64,000 bases of DNA from an uncultured Candidatus Poseidoniales archaeon (GCA_963968885.1 CAXAGT010000001.1:5861-69860); one strand, 5' to 3'. Numbered from the stretch's first letter, positions 54,077 to 63,901 are shown. The notes: generated from the letters alone by a model not told the origin. A program made the numbers and translations.

Positions 54077-55483
54077 ATGGAGAGTGATGACTTTTTAGAC
54101 TCCGCATTTGCTCTGATAAAGGACTATGTCCTGGATAATCAAGGCAAGGTGAATAAACACCTTGAACCATCATCTCGGTCAAAAACAACTGACACTCTTC
54201 TTCCTGTAGAGGGGTTTTCCCCAGAAATGTTGTTAGATGATGTTTCCTCTTATCTTCAAAACACAGTCAAGACACACAAAGGCGGATTCATGAATCCTCT
54301 CTGGGGGGGCTTTAACGCAGCATCTTTTGCAGGAGAGATAATTGCTGCTGCCACAAATACATCGATGTACACATATGAGTTAGCTCCAGTTGCAACGATG
54401 ATCGAGAAAGCGATTTTGAAGCGTATGCGGGAATATATTGGATTTGAATCAGGCTTCGGTACCTTCACAACAGGAGGTTCCAACGGAAATATGCTGGGAG
54501 TTCTTTGCGGCAGACAAAGAGCATTCCCAAATTCGACATATTCTGGAATTGATGGGACAAAACTGGCAATTTTTGTCTCGCAGGAGTCTCATTATTCAGT
54601 TCTCATGTCTGCTAATGTAATTGGCATAGGTCATGGTAATGTAATCAAAGTAAAGTGCGATGAAGATGGTATTATGGTTCCTGATGCCTTAGAAAACGAG
54701 ATTAAATCAGCGATCTCTAACGGACTTACTCCTATCTGTGTCATCGCTACGGCAGGTACAACTGTTCGAGGTGCGTTTGATCCACTCAAACAGATAGGAG
54801 AAATTTGTGAACGAACCGGAGTATGGTACCACGTAGATGCTGCCTGGGGTGGTGCTTGTTTGTTTAGTGCTAAACATCGCTCTCTTATGGATGGAGTTGA
54901 ATATGCTGATTCAGTGTGTTGGGATGCTCACAAGATGATGGGCGTTCCTTTGATATGTTCTGCATTTATCATCAAGCATCCTCAAATATTGAGGGCTGTA
55001 TCATCTCATGGAGATAGTGCTCATTACCTATTCCATGAAGATGCAGAAGAGATAGATCTTGGTAGGTTCTCTCTTCAATGTGGTAGAAGGAACGATGCAC
55101 TCAAATTGTGGTTTGCATGGAGAATGATGGGTGATTCAGGTTGGTCATCTTTGGTTGACAATTATATGGATTTGGCAGCATATCTTGAAGGTCTGGTAGA
55201 GCAAAATGATTCCTTGGAGATGATGTCTTCTAGACAATGGACCAATGTTTGTTTTAGATATAACGATAAAGGAACGCAAAATTTGAACGATTTCAACTCT
55301 GAACTGCGAACTCGGCTTATTGAAAATGGAAATTACATGATATCTCAGTCCAATATTGGCGATGATGTAATTTTAAGACCAGTGATTGCTAATCCAGCAG
55401 TGCAAAAAAGCACTCTTGATGGTTTGGTAAAGGAAATTTTGCAAATTAGCCATGAGATGAAATCAGGAATCCCACACTCTTGA
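54077..55483 (+). CDS. Group II PLP-dependent acidic amino-acid decarboxylase (CSAD/GADL1/GAD-like)
   Basis: NTSMYTYELAPV, TGGSNGN, SHYS, ATAGTTVRGAFD, HVDAAWGG, WDAHKMMGVP, SLQCGRRNDALKLW. Confidence 0.9.
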   Translation: MESDDFLDSAFALIKDYVLDNQGKVNKHLEPSSRSKTTDTLLPVEGFSPEMLLDDVSSYLQNTVKTHKGGFMNPLWGGFNAASFAGEIIAAATNTSMYTYELAPVATMIEKAILKRMREYIGFESGFGTFTTGGSNGNMLGVLCGRQRAFPNSTYSGIDGTKLAIFVSQESHYSVLMSANVIGIGHGNVIKVKCDEDGIMVPDALENEIKSAISNGLTPICVIATAGTTVRGAFDPLKQIGEICERTGVWYHVDAAWGGACLFSAKHRSLMDGVEYADSVCWDAHKMMGVPLICSAFIIKHPQILRAVSSHGDSAHYLFHEDAEEIDLGRFSLQCGRRNDALKLWFAWRMMGDSGWSSLVDNYMDLAAYLEGLVEQNDSLEMMSSRQWTNVCFRYNDKGTQNLNDFNSELRTRLIENGNYMISQSNIGDDVILRPVIANPAVQKSTLDGLVKEILQISHEMKSGIPHS

Positions 55484-55543
55484 TTGGTACACGCAAAGAT
55501 TGCGGAGAGTCAACTTCTAATCATAACCTTGGTTGGGGAAATC

Positions 55544-56653
55544 ATGGGCGACTCACTAGTTAGAACATCATTGTACTCAGAGCATGTGAATTCGAATGCA
55601 AATTTAGTAGATTTTCATGGCTTTGAGTTGCCGATTTGGTATACAAGTATCAAAGAAGAGCACTTGGCTTGCAGAAGTGGTGCAGGAATCTTCGATGTAT
55701 CTCACATGGGCTCATTCAGGATAACTGGAAATAACGTCAGGGCGTGGCTTGAAAAGCTTTCAACTCAGAAGGTAACATCAATATCTGAAGGAAGGTGTGC
55801 TTACACACATTTTCTTGATGATAATGGCTATCTTATTGATGACATGATCTTTGCAGTTGTATCGGAAAATGAAATCCTTGGTGTTCCCAATGCAAGCATG
55901 ATAGATGTTATGTGGGATTGGTTTAGCTCACATCTGCCTGATGATGATTCCATCAGTTTGGAAAACCTCAGCCCCGATACATCAATCATAGCATTACAAG
56001 GTCCAAAGTCAAAACAAATAATCTCAGATGCAATGGGTGAAGAGTCACATGTTGGACGCTTCAAATGGAAGAAAATTCCTGAAAATAAACTAGGTATATC
56101 CGGTTGGATTCAAGGTACTGGATACACGGGTGAATCTGGTTATGAAATTTTTGTCCCTAATTCTGAGTCTCCAGTTCTATGGAAGGCTTTGCTTTCAGCT
56201 GGGGCAACTCCAGTAGGACTCGGGGCCAGAGATACCCTTCGCCTGGAAAAAGGATACTTACTGTCCGGTGTTGATTTTTGTTGGCCTGAACTTCCTGATG
56301 CTAACGAATTCCTAGCAAGAGATTCATGGGAATCGAATGTTCCATTTGGATGGGGATTTGATCACGAATATGTCGGCAAAAAAAGAGTAGACTCTCACAC
56401 TTCATCTGATGCTAGACTATTAGGTATCAAATATACTGGAAAGGGACCTCTACCTCGACCAGGTAAAGTTGTCACAGACCTTGACGGAACAAAAATTGGC
56501 ATATTGACTTCTGGCGCTCCTTCTCCATCCCTTGGGAATACAGGAATCGGAATGGGTTACATCTCAGGAGTTGTAGAAGGAGATAAGGTGTTAATCGCTG
56601 CATCGGAAAGGCGTTCTGTTGAGGCAATAATCGTGACACCTCCCTTCATCTGA
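55544..56653 (+). CDS. gcvT: Glycine cleavage aminomethyltransferase T
   Basis: FDVSHMG, GYLIDD, ALQGP, TGYTGESGYEI, GLGARDTLRLEKG, TSG..SPSL. Confidence 0.94.
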   Translation: MGDSLVRTSLYSEHVNSNANLVDFHGFELPIWYTSIKEEHLACRSGAGIFDVSHMGSFRITGNNVRAWLEKLSTQKVTSISEGRCAYTHFLDDNGYLIDDMIFAVVSENEILGVPNASMIDVMWDWFSSHLPDDDSISLENLSPDTSIIALQGPKSKQIISDAMGEESHVGRFKWKKIPENKLGISGWIQGTGYTGESGYEIFVPNSESPVLWKALLSAGATPVGLGARDTLRLEKGYLLSGVDFCWPELPDANEFLARDSWESNVPFGWGFDHEYVGKKRVDSHTSSDARLLGIKYTGKGPLPRPGKVVTDLDGTKIGILTSGAPSPSLGNTGIGMGYISGVVEGDKVLIAASERRSVEAIIVTPPFI

Positions 56654-56655
56654 GT

Positions 56656-56680
56656 AGTATTTTTTCTCTGAAAAATTACT
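56656..56680. promoter_or_regulatory. Inverted repeat between gcvT and gcvPA (terminator or operator)
   Basis: AGTATTTTTTC-TCT-GAAAAATTACT, with 10 of 11 positions complementary. Confidence 0.4.
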
Positions 56681-56769
56681 TTCTGCTTTGCTATGTATAG
56701 CCGCTCAAGCACATAGATTATGACTTGCCGATTTCTAGCAAGGTCGCCTTAGGTGCTAGTGGTGATGTT

Positions 56770-58146
56770 ATGGTAGACCAATTGCCGAATCTTGGAAGAG
56801 AAAAAGAGATGCTAGAAGCGATGGGAATGGAAAAAATAGCGGATTTGTTTTCTGATTTACCCAAGGAAGTAATTATGTCGCAAGAACTTCCACTTCCTGC
56901 CCCACAAAGTGAGGAAGAAATCCTTCACGATGCTCGAAGATTGTTAGGAGGGAATGTTCCCTTGGAACAAAGAACATCATTTTTGGGCGCAGGATTGTAT
57001 CAAAACTTTGTTCCATCAGCAATCTTCCAATTGATAACTAGAGGAGAATTTCTTACCTCTTACACTCCATATCAGCCAGAGGTTAGCCAAGGAATGTTAC
57101 AATCAATGTGGGAATTTCAGACTCTAATCTCTGAATTGGTTGAACTTCCTATTGCAAACTTGAGTATGTACGATGGTTCCACCGCTGCTGCTGAAGCTCT
57201 AACAACAGCTGTAAGAGTCCTAAACAGAAAAGCCGAGCAAAAGGATACAGTCTATGTTTCTCGTTTGGTGCCACCCGATAGAATGTCTGTTATCTTCAAC
57301 TATACCCAAGGGGCTGAAATAAAAATTGAATATATCGAGCACAACTCAGATGGAACAATCAACATTGATTCACTTTCAAAGGCAAAAGGCTCATGCGGAA
57401 TTTACGTGGAATACCCGAATGCGCTAGGAATAATAGACGAGGGAATGAAGCAAGTCAAGGAAATCATTGGTGAAGTTACTGCATTTATTGTTGGAGCAAC
57501 ACCCCTTGCTCTAGGATTGATAGAGGCACCTGGTAAATTTGGTGCAGACATAGTTGTCGGAGAAGGGCAAGCATTTGGCTCACCGATTACGGGCGGTGGT
57601 CCGATCTATGGTTTCTTTGCGGTGAGCAAACCATTCCTAAGGCAGATGCCTGGAAGGATTGTCGGAAAATCGATTGATGTTGATGGTAATGAAGCATTTT
57701 GTTTGACACTTTCCACCAGGGAACAGCACATTAGAAGACAAAGAGCCACATCTAACATTTGTTCAAATGAAACTTTGATTGCTTTAATGGGTGCAATGCA
57801 CATGGCATTATTAGGTCCTGAGGGTCTTGAAAAATTAGCTTACAGAAACTTAGCAGCGATGCAAATGCTGAAAGAAAAATTGTCCACTGTTGAAAATATA
57901 ACTATGCCGCATGGAGAGTCTTTCCACTTCAATGAGTTCGTTATCGAGTTGCCAAAATCCGCATCTTCATGTATTGAAGAATTGGATGAATTTGGAGTAA
58001 TTGCTGGAATGGATATGGCTGCTTGGGGGCTAAATGAGAATTGGCTCTTGGTGACCTGTACTGACCAAACAACAGAGGTTGATATCGAGGAGTTCGTTGA
58101 TATTTTGAGCGCTTGGGCAAACGATGAATTGGAGGTGTTGCAATGA
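56770..58146 (+). CDS. gcvPA: Glycine dehydrogenase subunit 1
   Basis: FLGAG, EFLTSYTPYQPEVSQG, SMYDG, LSTREQHIRR..ATSNICSN. SD GGTGA precedes ATG 56770. Confidence 0.95.
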   Translation: MVDQLPNLGREKEMLEAMGMEKIADLFSDLPKEVIMSQELPLPAPQSEEEILHDARRLLGGNVPLEQRTSFLGAGLYQNFVPSAIFQLITRGEFLTSYTPYQPEVSQGMLQSMWEFQTLISELVELPIANLSMYDGSTAAAEALTTAVRVLNRKAEQKDTVYVSRLVPPDRMSVIFNYTQGAEIKIEYIEHNSDGTINIDSLSKAKGSCGIYVEYPNALGIIDEGMKQVKEIIGEVTAFIVGATPLALGLIEAPGKFGADIVVGEGQAFGSPITGGGPIYGFFAVSKPFLRQMPGRIVGKSIDVDGNEAFCLTLSTREQHIRRQRATSNICSNETLIALMGAMHMALLGPEGLEKLAYRNLAAMQMLKEKLSTVENITMPHGESFHFNEFVIELPKSASSCIEELDEFGVIAGMDMAAWGLNENWLLVTCTDQTTEVDIEEFVDILSAWANDELEVLQ

Positions 58147-59639
58147 GTCATTTATTCGAATTTAACGGGGCAGAAGGCAAAGGTTACTCTCAACCTTCAC
58201 CGATAATGGATGTTTCAAAACTCAAACTTCCAGGGTCTATGAAGAGGGAATCACTACCTCGTTGGCCAAGAGTATCTGAACCTGAAATGGTTAGGCATTA
58301 TACTTGGCTCTCGAAAAGGAATTTCGGAATTGACACCGGGTTTTATCCATTAGGTAGCTGTACTATGAAACACAACCCAAGAGTTAACGAAGCGATTGCT
58401 CAGATGCCGGGAATAGCAAATATTCATCCACATCAACCAGAATCTCACCTACAAGGATTACTTTCAATTTATCATGAAATGCAAGAGATGTTAGCAATTT
58501 GTGCAGGTATGGATGCTGTAACTCTACAACCGGTTGCAGGAGCACAAGGAGAATTTACTGCAATCCGTTGTTTCCAAGAGTATTTCAGAAAGACTGGCCA
58601 GACTCAAAGAACCAAGGTTATTGTTCCCGATTCAGCTCATGGAACAAATCCTGCTAGTGCCTCGATGTGTGGTTTTGAGATCATCGAGATTCCTTCATCG
58701 GCAGATGGAAGGCTTGACTTAGATGCTCTCAGAGCAGTTGTTGGCGAAGATACTGCAGCAATGATGATCACTAACCCAAATACACTGGGTATCTTTGAAG
58801 CCGATGTTGTGGAAGCATCTCAGATAATTCACGATGCTGGAGGTTTAATGTATTATGATGGAGCGAATTTTAACGCAATTCTAGGCTGGACTTCTCCAGG
58901 ATTGATGGGCTTTGATGCAGTTCACTACAACCTACACAAGACCTTCAGTCAACCACACGGCGGTGGAGGTCCAGGAAGCGGACCAATTGGTGTAAAAGCC
59001 CATCTGGCAGAATTCTTACCTTCTCCTATAGTCGGTAAGAGAGAGATACAATCAGAGGACGAACATCTGTACGCAGTTGACGATTGTTGGTACACCTGGG
59101 AAACTCCAGAATCTACTATCGGTAAAGTCCAACAATGGCATGGTAATGCCGGGGCAGTGGTTAGATGCTGGGCGTATTACAGAAGATATGGAAGGGATCT
59201 GAAAACGATGTCTGAACATGCGGTCCTGAATGCTAATTATTTGCGCCATGCTATTCTCACCAAGGCTGAGGAAGCAGGCGTTATTCACATGTTTACAGAA
59301 GGAGCTCCAATCAATGTTTGTAAGCATGAGTTTACAATCTCGATGACGCCTGCCAAAGAGAGTATGGGGATATCTGCAATGGATGTTGCAAAGGGACTTC
59401 TTGATATGGGATACATGGCACCAACAGTTTATTTCCCACAAATTGTACCTGAGTGTTTAATGATTGAGCCAACCGAAACAGAATCAAAAGAGACACTGGA
59501 TGAATTTGCAACAAATTTCATCAAAGTCCTGCAAACAGATGCAGAAACATTGCATGAATCTCCAACAACTACTCCTGTTAGAAGAGTCGATGAGGTATAT
59601 GCTGCTCGCAACCTAATTTTGAGATATGAAATGGATTGA
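58143..59639 (+). CDS. gcvPB: Glycine dehydrogenase subunit 2
   Basis: FYPLGSCTMK, AGAQGE, SAHGTNPASA, YDGAN, NLHKTFSQPHGGGGPG, MIEPTETES. Confidence 0.96.
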   Translation: MSHLFEFNGAEGKGYSQPSPIMDVSKLKLPGSMKRESLPRWPRVSEPEMVRHYTWLSKRNFGIDTGFYPLGSCTMKHNPRVNEAIAQMPGIANIHPHQPESHLQGLLSIYHEMQEMLAICAGMDAVTLQPVAGAQGEFTAIRCFQEYFRKTGQTQRTKVIVPDSAHGTNPASASMCGFEIIEIPSSADGRLDLDALRAVVGEDTAAMMITNPNTLGIFEADVVEASQIIHDAGGLMYYDGANFNAILGWTSPGLMGFDAVHYNLHKTFSQPHGGGGPGSGPIGVKAHLAEFLPSPIVGKREIQSEDEHLYAVDDCWYTWETPESTIGKVQQWHGNAGAVVRCWAYYRRYGRDLKTMSEHAVLNANYLRHAILTKAEEAGVIHMFTEGAPINVCKHEFTISMTPAKESMGISAMDVAKGLLDMGYMAPTVYFPQIVPECLMIEPTETESKETLDEFATNFIKVLQTDAETLHESPTTTPVRRVDEVYAARNLILRYEMD

Positions 59640-59644
59640 TGGCT

Positions 59645-59666
59645 ATAAGATTCTCATGAATCTTAT
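59645..59666. promoter_or_regulatory. Perfect 9-bp inverted repeat, candidate operator or terminator
   Basis: ATAAGATTC-TCAT-GAATCTTAT. The right arm runs into TATA-like TTATTAAA about 25 nt upstream of ATG 59692. Confidence 0.5.
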
Positions 59667-59691
59667 TAAACGTTAATTCTGCCTTCAAACT

Positions 59692-60258
59692 ATGACAGGT
59701 GTGTGGGTAAGACAAAACACGCCGGTTAGTGCTGGTTCAGCAATTTTTCCAAATGCATATGCAATGTTATTCTCTGCTCTTGCAATTCTCCTGAGTTTTC
59801 AAGAATATGGCATAGCACCTTCAGTTCTGGGTACAATTGCATTTATTCTGGTTGCTGTTCCGATGTATTTGCTGAAAGAAGTGGTAATATCTCCTGAATA
59901 TCACCTATATTTTTGGCTATATGTTATTGCATGCCTTGCACTGATCTATGCATCGATAAATGACATCTCCTTCTCTACTCTTGCCCTTGCAATTTTTGCA
60001 CTCAGTGGAATTATACTTCAGAATCAACAATATTCAAATTATCATTTTTATGATTATGAGGGCGAAAATTATAGCAAGGATTTCAGCACTAAGTTAGAGC
60101 AAAATGGATGGATGCGAATTGCAAACGACAAACATGATTACGTACTAAGGGGTAGTGATCGAAATAATTACATCCGCATATCTTCGAAATTAACTGCACA
60201 ATTGGTCTTGGATTTTGATTCTCGAGATTTACCCAAGCCGGAATCTGAAGAAGAGTAA
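59692..60258 (+). CDS. Hypothetical membrane protein (four TM plus soluble C-terminus)
   Basis: ATG-started ORF with a hydrophobic N-terminal half. Confidence 0.65.
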   Translation: MTGVWVRQNTPVSAGSAIFPNAYAMLFSALAILLSFQEYGIAPSVLGTIAFILVAVPMYLLKEVVISPEYHLYFWLYVIACLALIYASINDISFSTLALAIFALSGIILQNQQYSNYHFYDYEGENYSKDFSTKLEQNGWMRIANDKHDYVLRGSDRNNYIRISSKLTAQLVLDFDSRDLPKPESEEE

Positions 60259-60317
60259 TCACTTTCAGTTTACTCCCGGCTTATCCTTTATCTACGTTAA
60301 ATCAATGCGACTATGTT

Positions 60318-60896
60318 ATGTCTTCTTGTTTACCTATGGATCTGTTTGGAGTGACGAAATCAATACTATGTGGAGATGATTCGCATTCATGGATTCAATC
60401 TATCCTGATGACCGAGGATGACAAGAAAAAACTGCTTCATGATATAGATAAATTAGCACAGATTTTACTCAATGATCAAGAAAAAATCAGATTACGTAAA
60501 TTGATTCATTCAAAAACAAAGGACATAATACCTTTTTTGGAAGTGAATAATGCATTAGCTAGAAATAGCCTCCAAAAATCCTCAAAAGGATTAGTTGAAT
60601 CATATATCTTCAATGGAGAATTAAATTTTGACTCTTTGGAATACATGTCAGGGAAAATGATTCTAAACTACGAATTCGATATGGCAATTTCTTCGCTCAA
60701 GGCTGGAAGAGAGTGGCCAAAGAATCATTTTCACATCGAAGATTATCCTATTTGGTATCTGAATACATTCATTAAATGCATAAGGTCAATGTTCACAGAG
60801 AAATTAATTTATCTTTACACAGCATCAACGAAACTAGAAGATAATTCCATAATTTGGAGAGTAGAAAATAAATCTTGTAAGCCTGTGAAAATATAA
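60318..60896 (+). CDS. Hypothetical protein
   Basis: AT-rich 192-aa ORF filling the gap before purE. Start uncertain. Confidence 0.6.
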   Translation: MSSCLPMDLFGVTKSILCGDDSHSWIQSILMTEDDKKKLLHDIDKLAQILLNDQEKIRLRKLIHSKTKDIIPFLEVNNALARNSLQKSSKGLVESYIFNGELNFDSLEYMSGKMILNYEFDMAISSLKAGREWPKNHFHIEDYPIWYLNTFIKCIRSMFTEKLIYLYTASTKLEDNSIIWRVENKSCKPVKI

Positions 60897-60964
60897 TCCT
60901 GTGCTGGATTTTTTGATAAATCAATATCGGATTATTCAAGAACCTAATTCAATTGCGTTAAGGT

Positions 60965-61444
60965 ATGGATGTAACAATACTTCTTGGGTCCAAATCGGAC
61001 ATGCCTGTTGCCGAAAAGTGTACAAAAATTCTGGAACACTTCGATGTTCCTTACCAATTGAGAGTCGCAAGCGCACATCGCTCTCCTAAGTTCGTTGAGT
61101 CAATTGTTTCTGATGCAGAAGATGGTGGATGCACCGTCTTCATTGCAATGGCTGGACTTGCTGCGGCTCTTCCAGGTGCAGTTGCTGCTATCACAACAAA
61201 GCCAGTAATTGGTGTTCCGTGTGGGGGAAGAGTACCATATGATTCTCTACTTTCCATTGCTCAACTACCTCCTGGAGTACCTGCAGCAACCGTAGGTGTT
61301 GACAGAGGAGATAACGCAGGTTACCTTGCTGTCCAAATGCTTGCTCTTGCTAATGACAAATATGCTGCTGCTCTAAAGCAGAACAAACTAGACCAAATCG
61401 AGAAAGTTAAGCAAATGGATAGAGAAGTGAACGGAGGAGTTTGA
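60965..61444 (+). CDS. purE: N5-CAIR mutase / AIR carboxylase PurE
   Basis: LGSKSD, VASAHRSP, AGLAAALPG, PVIGVP, DSLLSIAQLPPGVP. Confidence 0.96.
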   Translation: MDVTILLGSKSDMPVAEKCTKILEHFDVPYQLRVASAHRSPKFVESIVSDAEDGGCTVFIAMAGLAAALPGAVAAITTKPVIGVPCGGRVPYDSLLSIAQLPPGVPAATVGVDRGDNAGYLAVQMLALANDKYAAALKQNKLDQIEKVKQMDREVNGGV

Positions 61445-61445
61445 G

Positions 61446-62393
61446 GTGTTTGATGCCCAATCCTTCATCGAGGAATCGATCGAAGAGTTGAAGGCAAAAA
61501 TTACCCAAACTGCGATCATTGCCTGTTCGGGTGGAGTTGACTCCACAGTTGCTGCAGTCCTTGCTCACAGAGCAGTAGGGGATTTATTGCATTGCGTCTA
61601 TGTAGACACAGGATTCATGCGGAAGGGAGAAACTCAAGAAGTCGAGCAAATGTTTGCTGATGCGGGAATTGATCTTATCACAGTGGATGCAAGTGACAGG
61701 TATTTTGACGCTTTAGTTGACGTTACTGAACCAGAACACAAGAGAAAGGTAATCGGAGAAATGTTCATCAGAATTTTCGAAGAAGAACAAGTCAAAGTAG
61801 ATGCCCATTGCTTAGTTCAGGGAACTATCGCTCCTGACTGGATAGAATCTGGCGGTGGAGTTAGAGACACTATCAAGTCTCATCATAATGTTGGTGGTTT
61901 GCCAGAAGACATGACTCTAGAAGTTGTAGAACCACTAAGAGAATTGTACAAAGACGAAGTTAGAGAACTAGCAAGAGCACTAGGAATCAAAGTAGCCGAG
62001 CGCCAACCCTTCCCTGGACCAGGTCTAGCTGTAAGGACGCTTGGTGACTTGACAAAGGAAAGAGTAGCGGTTGTTAGAGAATGTTGTGCTATAGTTGAGG
62101 AAGAATTCCAAGCAGCATCTGAGAGAGGCGAAATGGATATTCCATGGCAGTATTATGCTGCATTGCTTCCAGTTCGAAGTGTGGGTGTACACGGAGATGT
62201 TCGTGCCTACGGTGAAACAATCGTTGTAAGGGCAGTAAAATCGATGGATGGAATGTCTGCTAGATATTCCGAAATTCCTCACTCGATTCTTCAAAAGGTT
62301 TCAACCAAAATAACAAATGCTTGCAAAGGTGCTGTTAACAGAGTAGTCTACGATATTACTCACAAACCACCAGGCACAATTGAGTGGGAATGA
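61446..62393 (+). CDS. guaAB: GMP synthase ATP-pyrophosphatase subunit (archaeal split type)
   Basis: SGGVDS, VDTGFMR, PEHKRK, IKSHHNVGGLP, KDEVR, PFPGPGL, RVVYDITHKPPGTIEWE. No glutaminase domain. Confidence 0.95.
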   Translation: MFDAQSFIEESIEELKAKITQTAIIACSGGVDSTVAAVLAHRAVGDLLHCVYVDTGFMRKGETQEVEQMFADAGIDLITVDASDRYFDALVDVTEPEHKRKVIGEMFIRIFEEEQVKVDAHCLVQGTIAPDWIESGGGVRDTIKSHHNVGGLPEDMTLEVVEPLRELYKDEVRELARALGIKVAERQPFPGPGLAVRTLGDLTKERVAVVRECCAIVEEEFQAASERGEMDIPWQYYAALLPVRSVGVHGDVRAYGETIVVRAVKSMDGMSARYSEIPHSILQKVSTKITNACKGAVNRVVYDITHKPPGTIEWE

Positions 62394-62475
62394 TCTAGAA
62401 TTTCCACGACTGTGAATTAATTTGCAACACAAAATAAGCGAATCCGTCATATATGGGATGCTTGTCGGCGAAGTT

Positions 62476-62548
62476 GCCGATTTAGCTTAGCTGGTGGAGC
62501 GTGGGACTGTTAATCCCAAGGTCATGGGTTCGAACCCCATAATCGGCG
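62476..62548 (+). tRNA. tRNA-Asn(GTT), intronless
   Basis: Acceptor GCCGATT/AATCGGC plus discriminator G. D-stem GCTT/GAGC. Anticodon arm TGGGA-CTGTTAA-TCCCA (GTT at 62509-62511). T-arm ATGGG-TTCGAAC-CCCAT. Followed by CCT, so a full CCA is not encoded. Confidence 0.96.
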
Positions 62549-62570
62549 CCTATTATTGTCAATCAGAGGA

Positions 62571-63899
62571 TTATTCCTCTCTAATTCTTGAAATAAGTCT
62601 CGATTCATTCACTTGCGTTTCGCTTTGGCTTAAGACGAATGCATTTTGTATTGTTGAAACCTCTTCCAAAGTAGGTTTGTAATCGTAATACATGGTTAAC
62701 AATGCTTCACCTGATTCAACCTTTGAACCAACATTTTTGTGCAAAATGAATCCTGAAAATTGGTTAATTTCCTCTCCAAAGACGAACCTTCCTGCCTTGT
62801 GCTTTCTTGCTATTTTTGCAAGTTCCATAGCATCGATGCTCTCAACAAAACCAGAGGTTTTAGCTTTAATTTCCAGATAGTCATCTCCAAGTAAAACATC
62901 AGGGTTTGAAATCACATTATCGATATATGATTTTTCTACTCCTTGATTGACACACATCTCCCTAAATTTACGGATTACGTTGCCAGATTTCATTTCCTTT
63001 TCCATCTTCGAAAATATCTCTTGATCATCATTATACAAACCAGATAATTTTAGCAAGTCTAGTGCTTGTAGGTAAACGATGTCTCTGCAATCTGTGTTCT
63101 TATCCTCGCATTTCATCACTAAAATTGACTCAATCACTTCTAGTGAATTGCCAACATAATCTCCAATTGGGTTAGACATCTCAGTTATTTGAGCAATGCA
63201 ATTAATTCCTAATAACTGAGCAACCTTTTGCATAGAAACAGCAAGAGCTTCAGCATCATCTTGGTTTTTCATGAATGCCGCATCTCCACATTTTACATCC
63301 AGTACCAAGCAATCTAATCCTTCTGCAGCCTTCTTAGAAATAATTGAGGCTGTAATTAGTGGTATGGAATCAATTGTGTGACTAATATCTCTTAGGGCGT
63401 AAAGCAAGGAATCAGCAGGTGCAATCTCACTTGACTGTGCGCTGATGCAACAGCCTACAGTTTCGAGCGATATTGCCATCTCTTTAGGTGTCAAATCTGT
63501 CCTAAATCCATTCAATGATTCCAATTTGTCGATAGTTCCTCCGGTGTGCCCCAAACCTCTACCAGCAAGCATCGGAACTTTTAGACCGCAACATGCTAAG
63601 AGTGGTGCTAAAATTAGTGACATTTTGTCACCGACTCCTCCAGTGCTATGTTTGTCAACTACTATGTTTTGATAATCTGGCCATGTAAGTACACTACCGG
63701 AATACATCATCTTTTTTGTCAAAAAGGCAGTATCTTCCGGTGATATCGAGTGTTCATGGACTGCTTTTAGCCAAATAATTGCTTGCTCATTTGGTATGCT
63801 TCTATCAGCCACAGCATCAATAAATTCCGACAGCAGTTCACGATTTTGAGGTTTATTCTGTTTAATTGCCGAAACTAAGGTATCGACAATTTCTTGCAT
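62571..63899 (-). CDS. pdp: Thymidine / pyrimidine-nucleoside phosphorylase
   Basis: VDKHSTGGVGDK, GRGLGHTGGTIDKLES, APAD..LYALRD, LITASIISKKAAEG, LDVKCGDAAFMK. Confidence 0.93.
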   Translation of the reverse strand: MQEIVDTLVSAIKQNKPQNRELLSEFIDAVADRSIPNEQAIIWLKAVHEHSISPEDTAFLTKKMMYSGSVLTWPDYQNIVVDKHSTGGVGDKMSLILAPLLACCGLKVPMLAGRGLGHTGGTIDKLESLNGFRTDLTPKEMAISLETVGCCISAQSSEIAPADSLLYALRDISHTIDSIPLITASIISKKAAEGLDCLVLDVKCGDAAFMKNQDDAEALAVSMQKVAQLLGINCIAQITEMSNPIGDYVGNSLEVIESILVMKCEDKNTDCRDIVYLQALDLLKLSGLYNDDQEIFSKMEKEMKSGNVIRKFREMCVNQGVEKSYIDNVISNPDVLLGDDYLEIKAKTSGFVESIDAMELAKIARKHKAGRFVFGEEINQFSGFILHKNVGSKVESGEALLTMYYDYKPTLEEVSTIQNAFVLSQSETQVNESRLISRIREE

Positions 63900-63901
63900 C
63901 T

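Noticed and set aside
55470..55550. Decarboxylase TGA followed in frame by the gcvT ORF
   Set aside because: Same artefact: GcvT begins at ATG 55544 and both proteins are full length. No recoding signal is evident.
62394..62570. tRNA-Asn as a possible integration site
   Set aside because: No integrase and no duplicated tRNA 3' end was seen, and both flanks are housekeeping genes.
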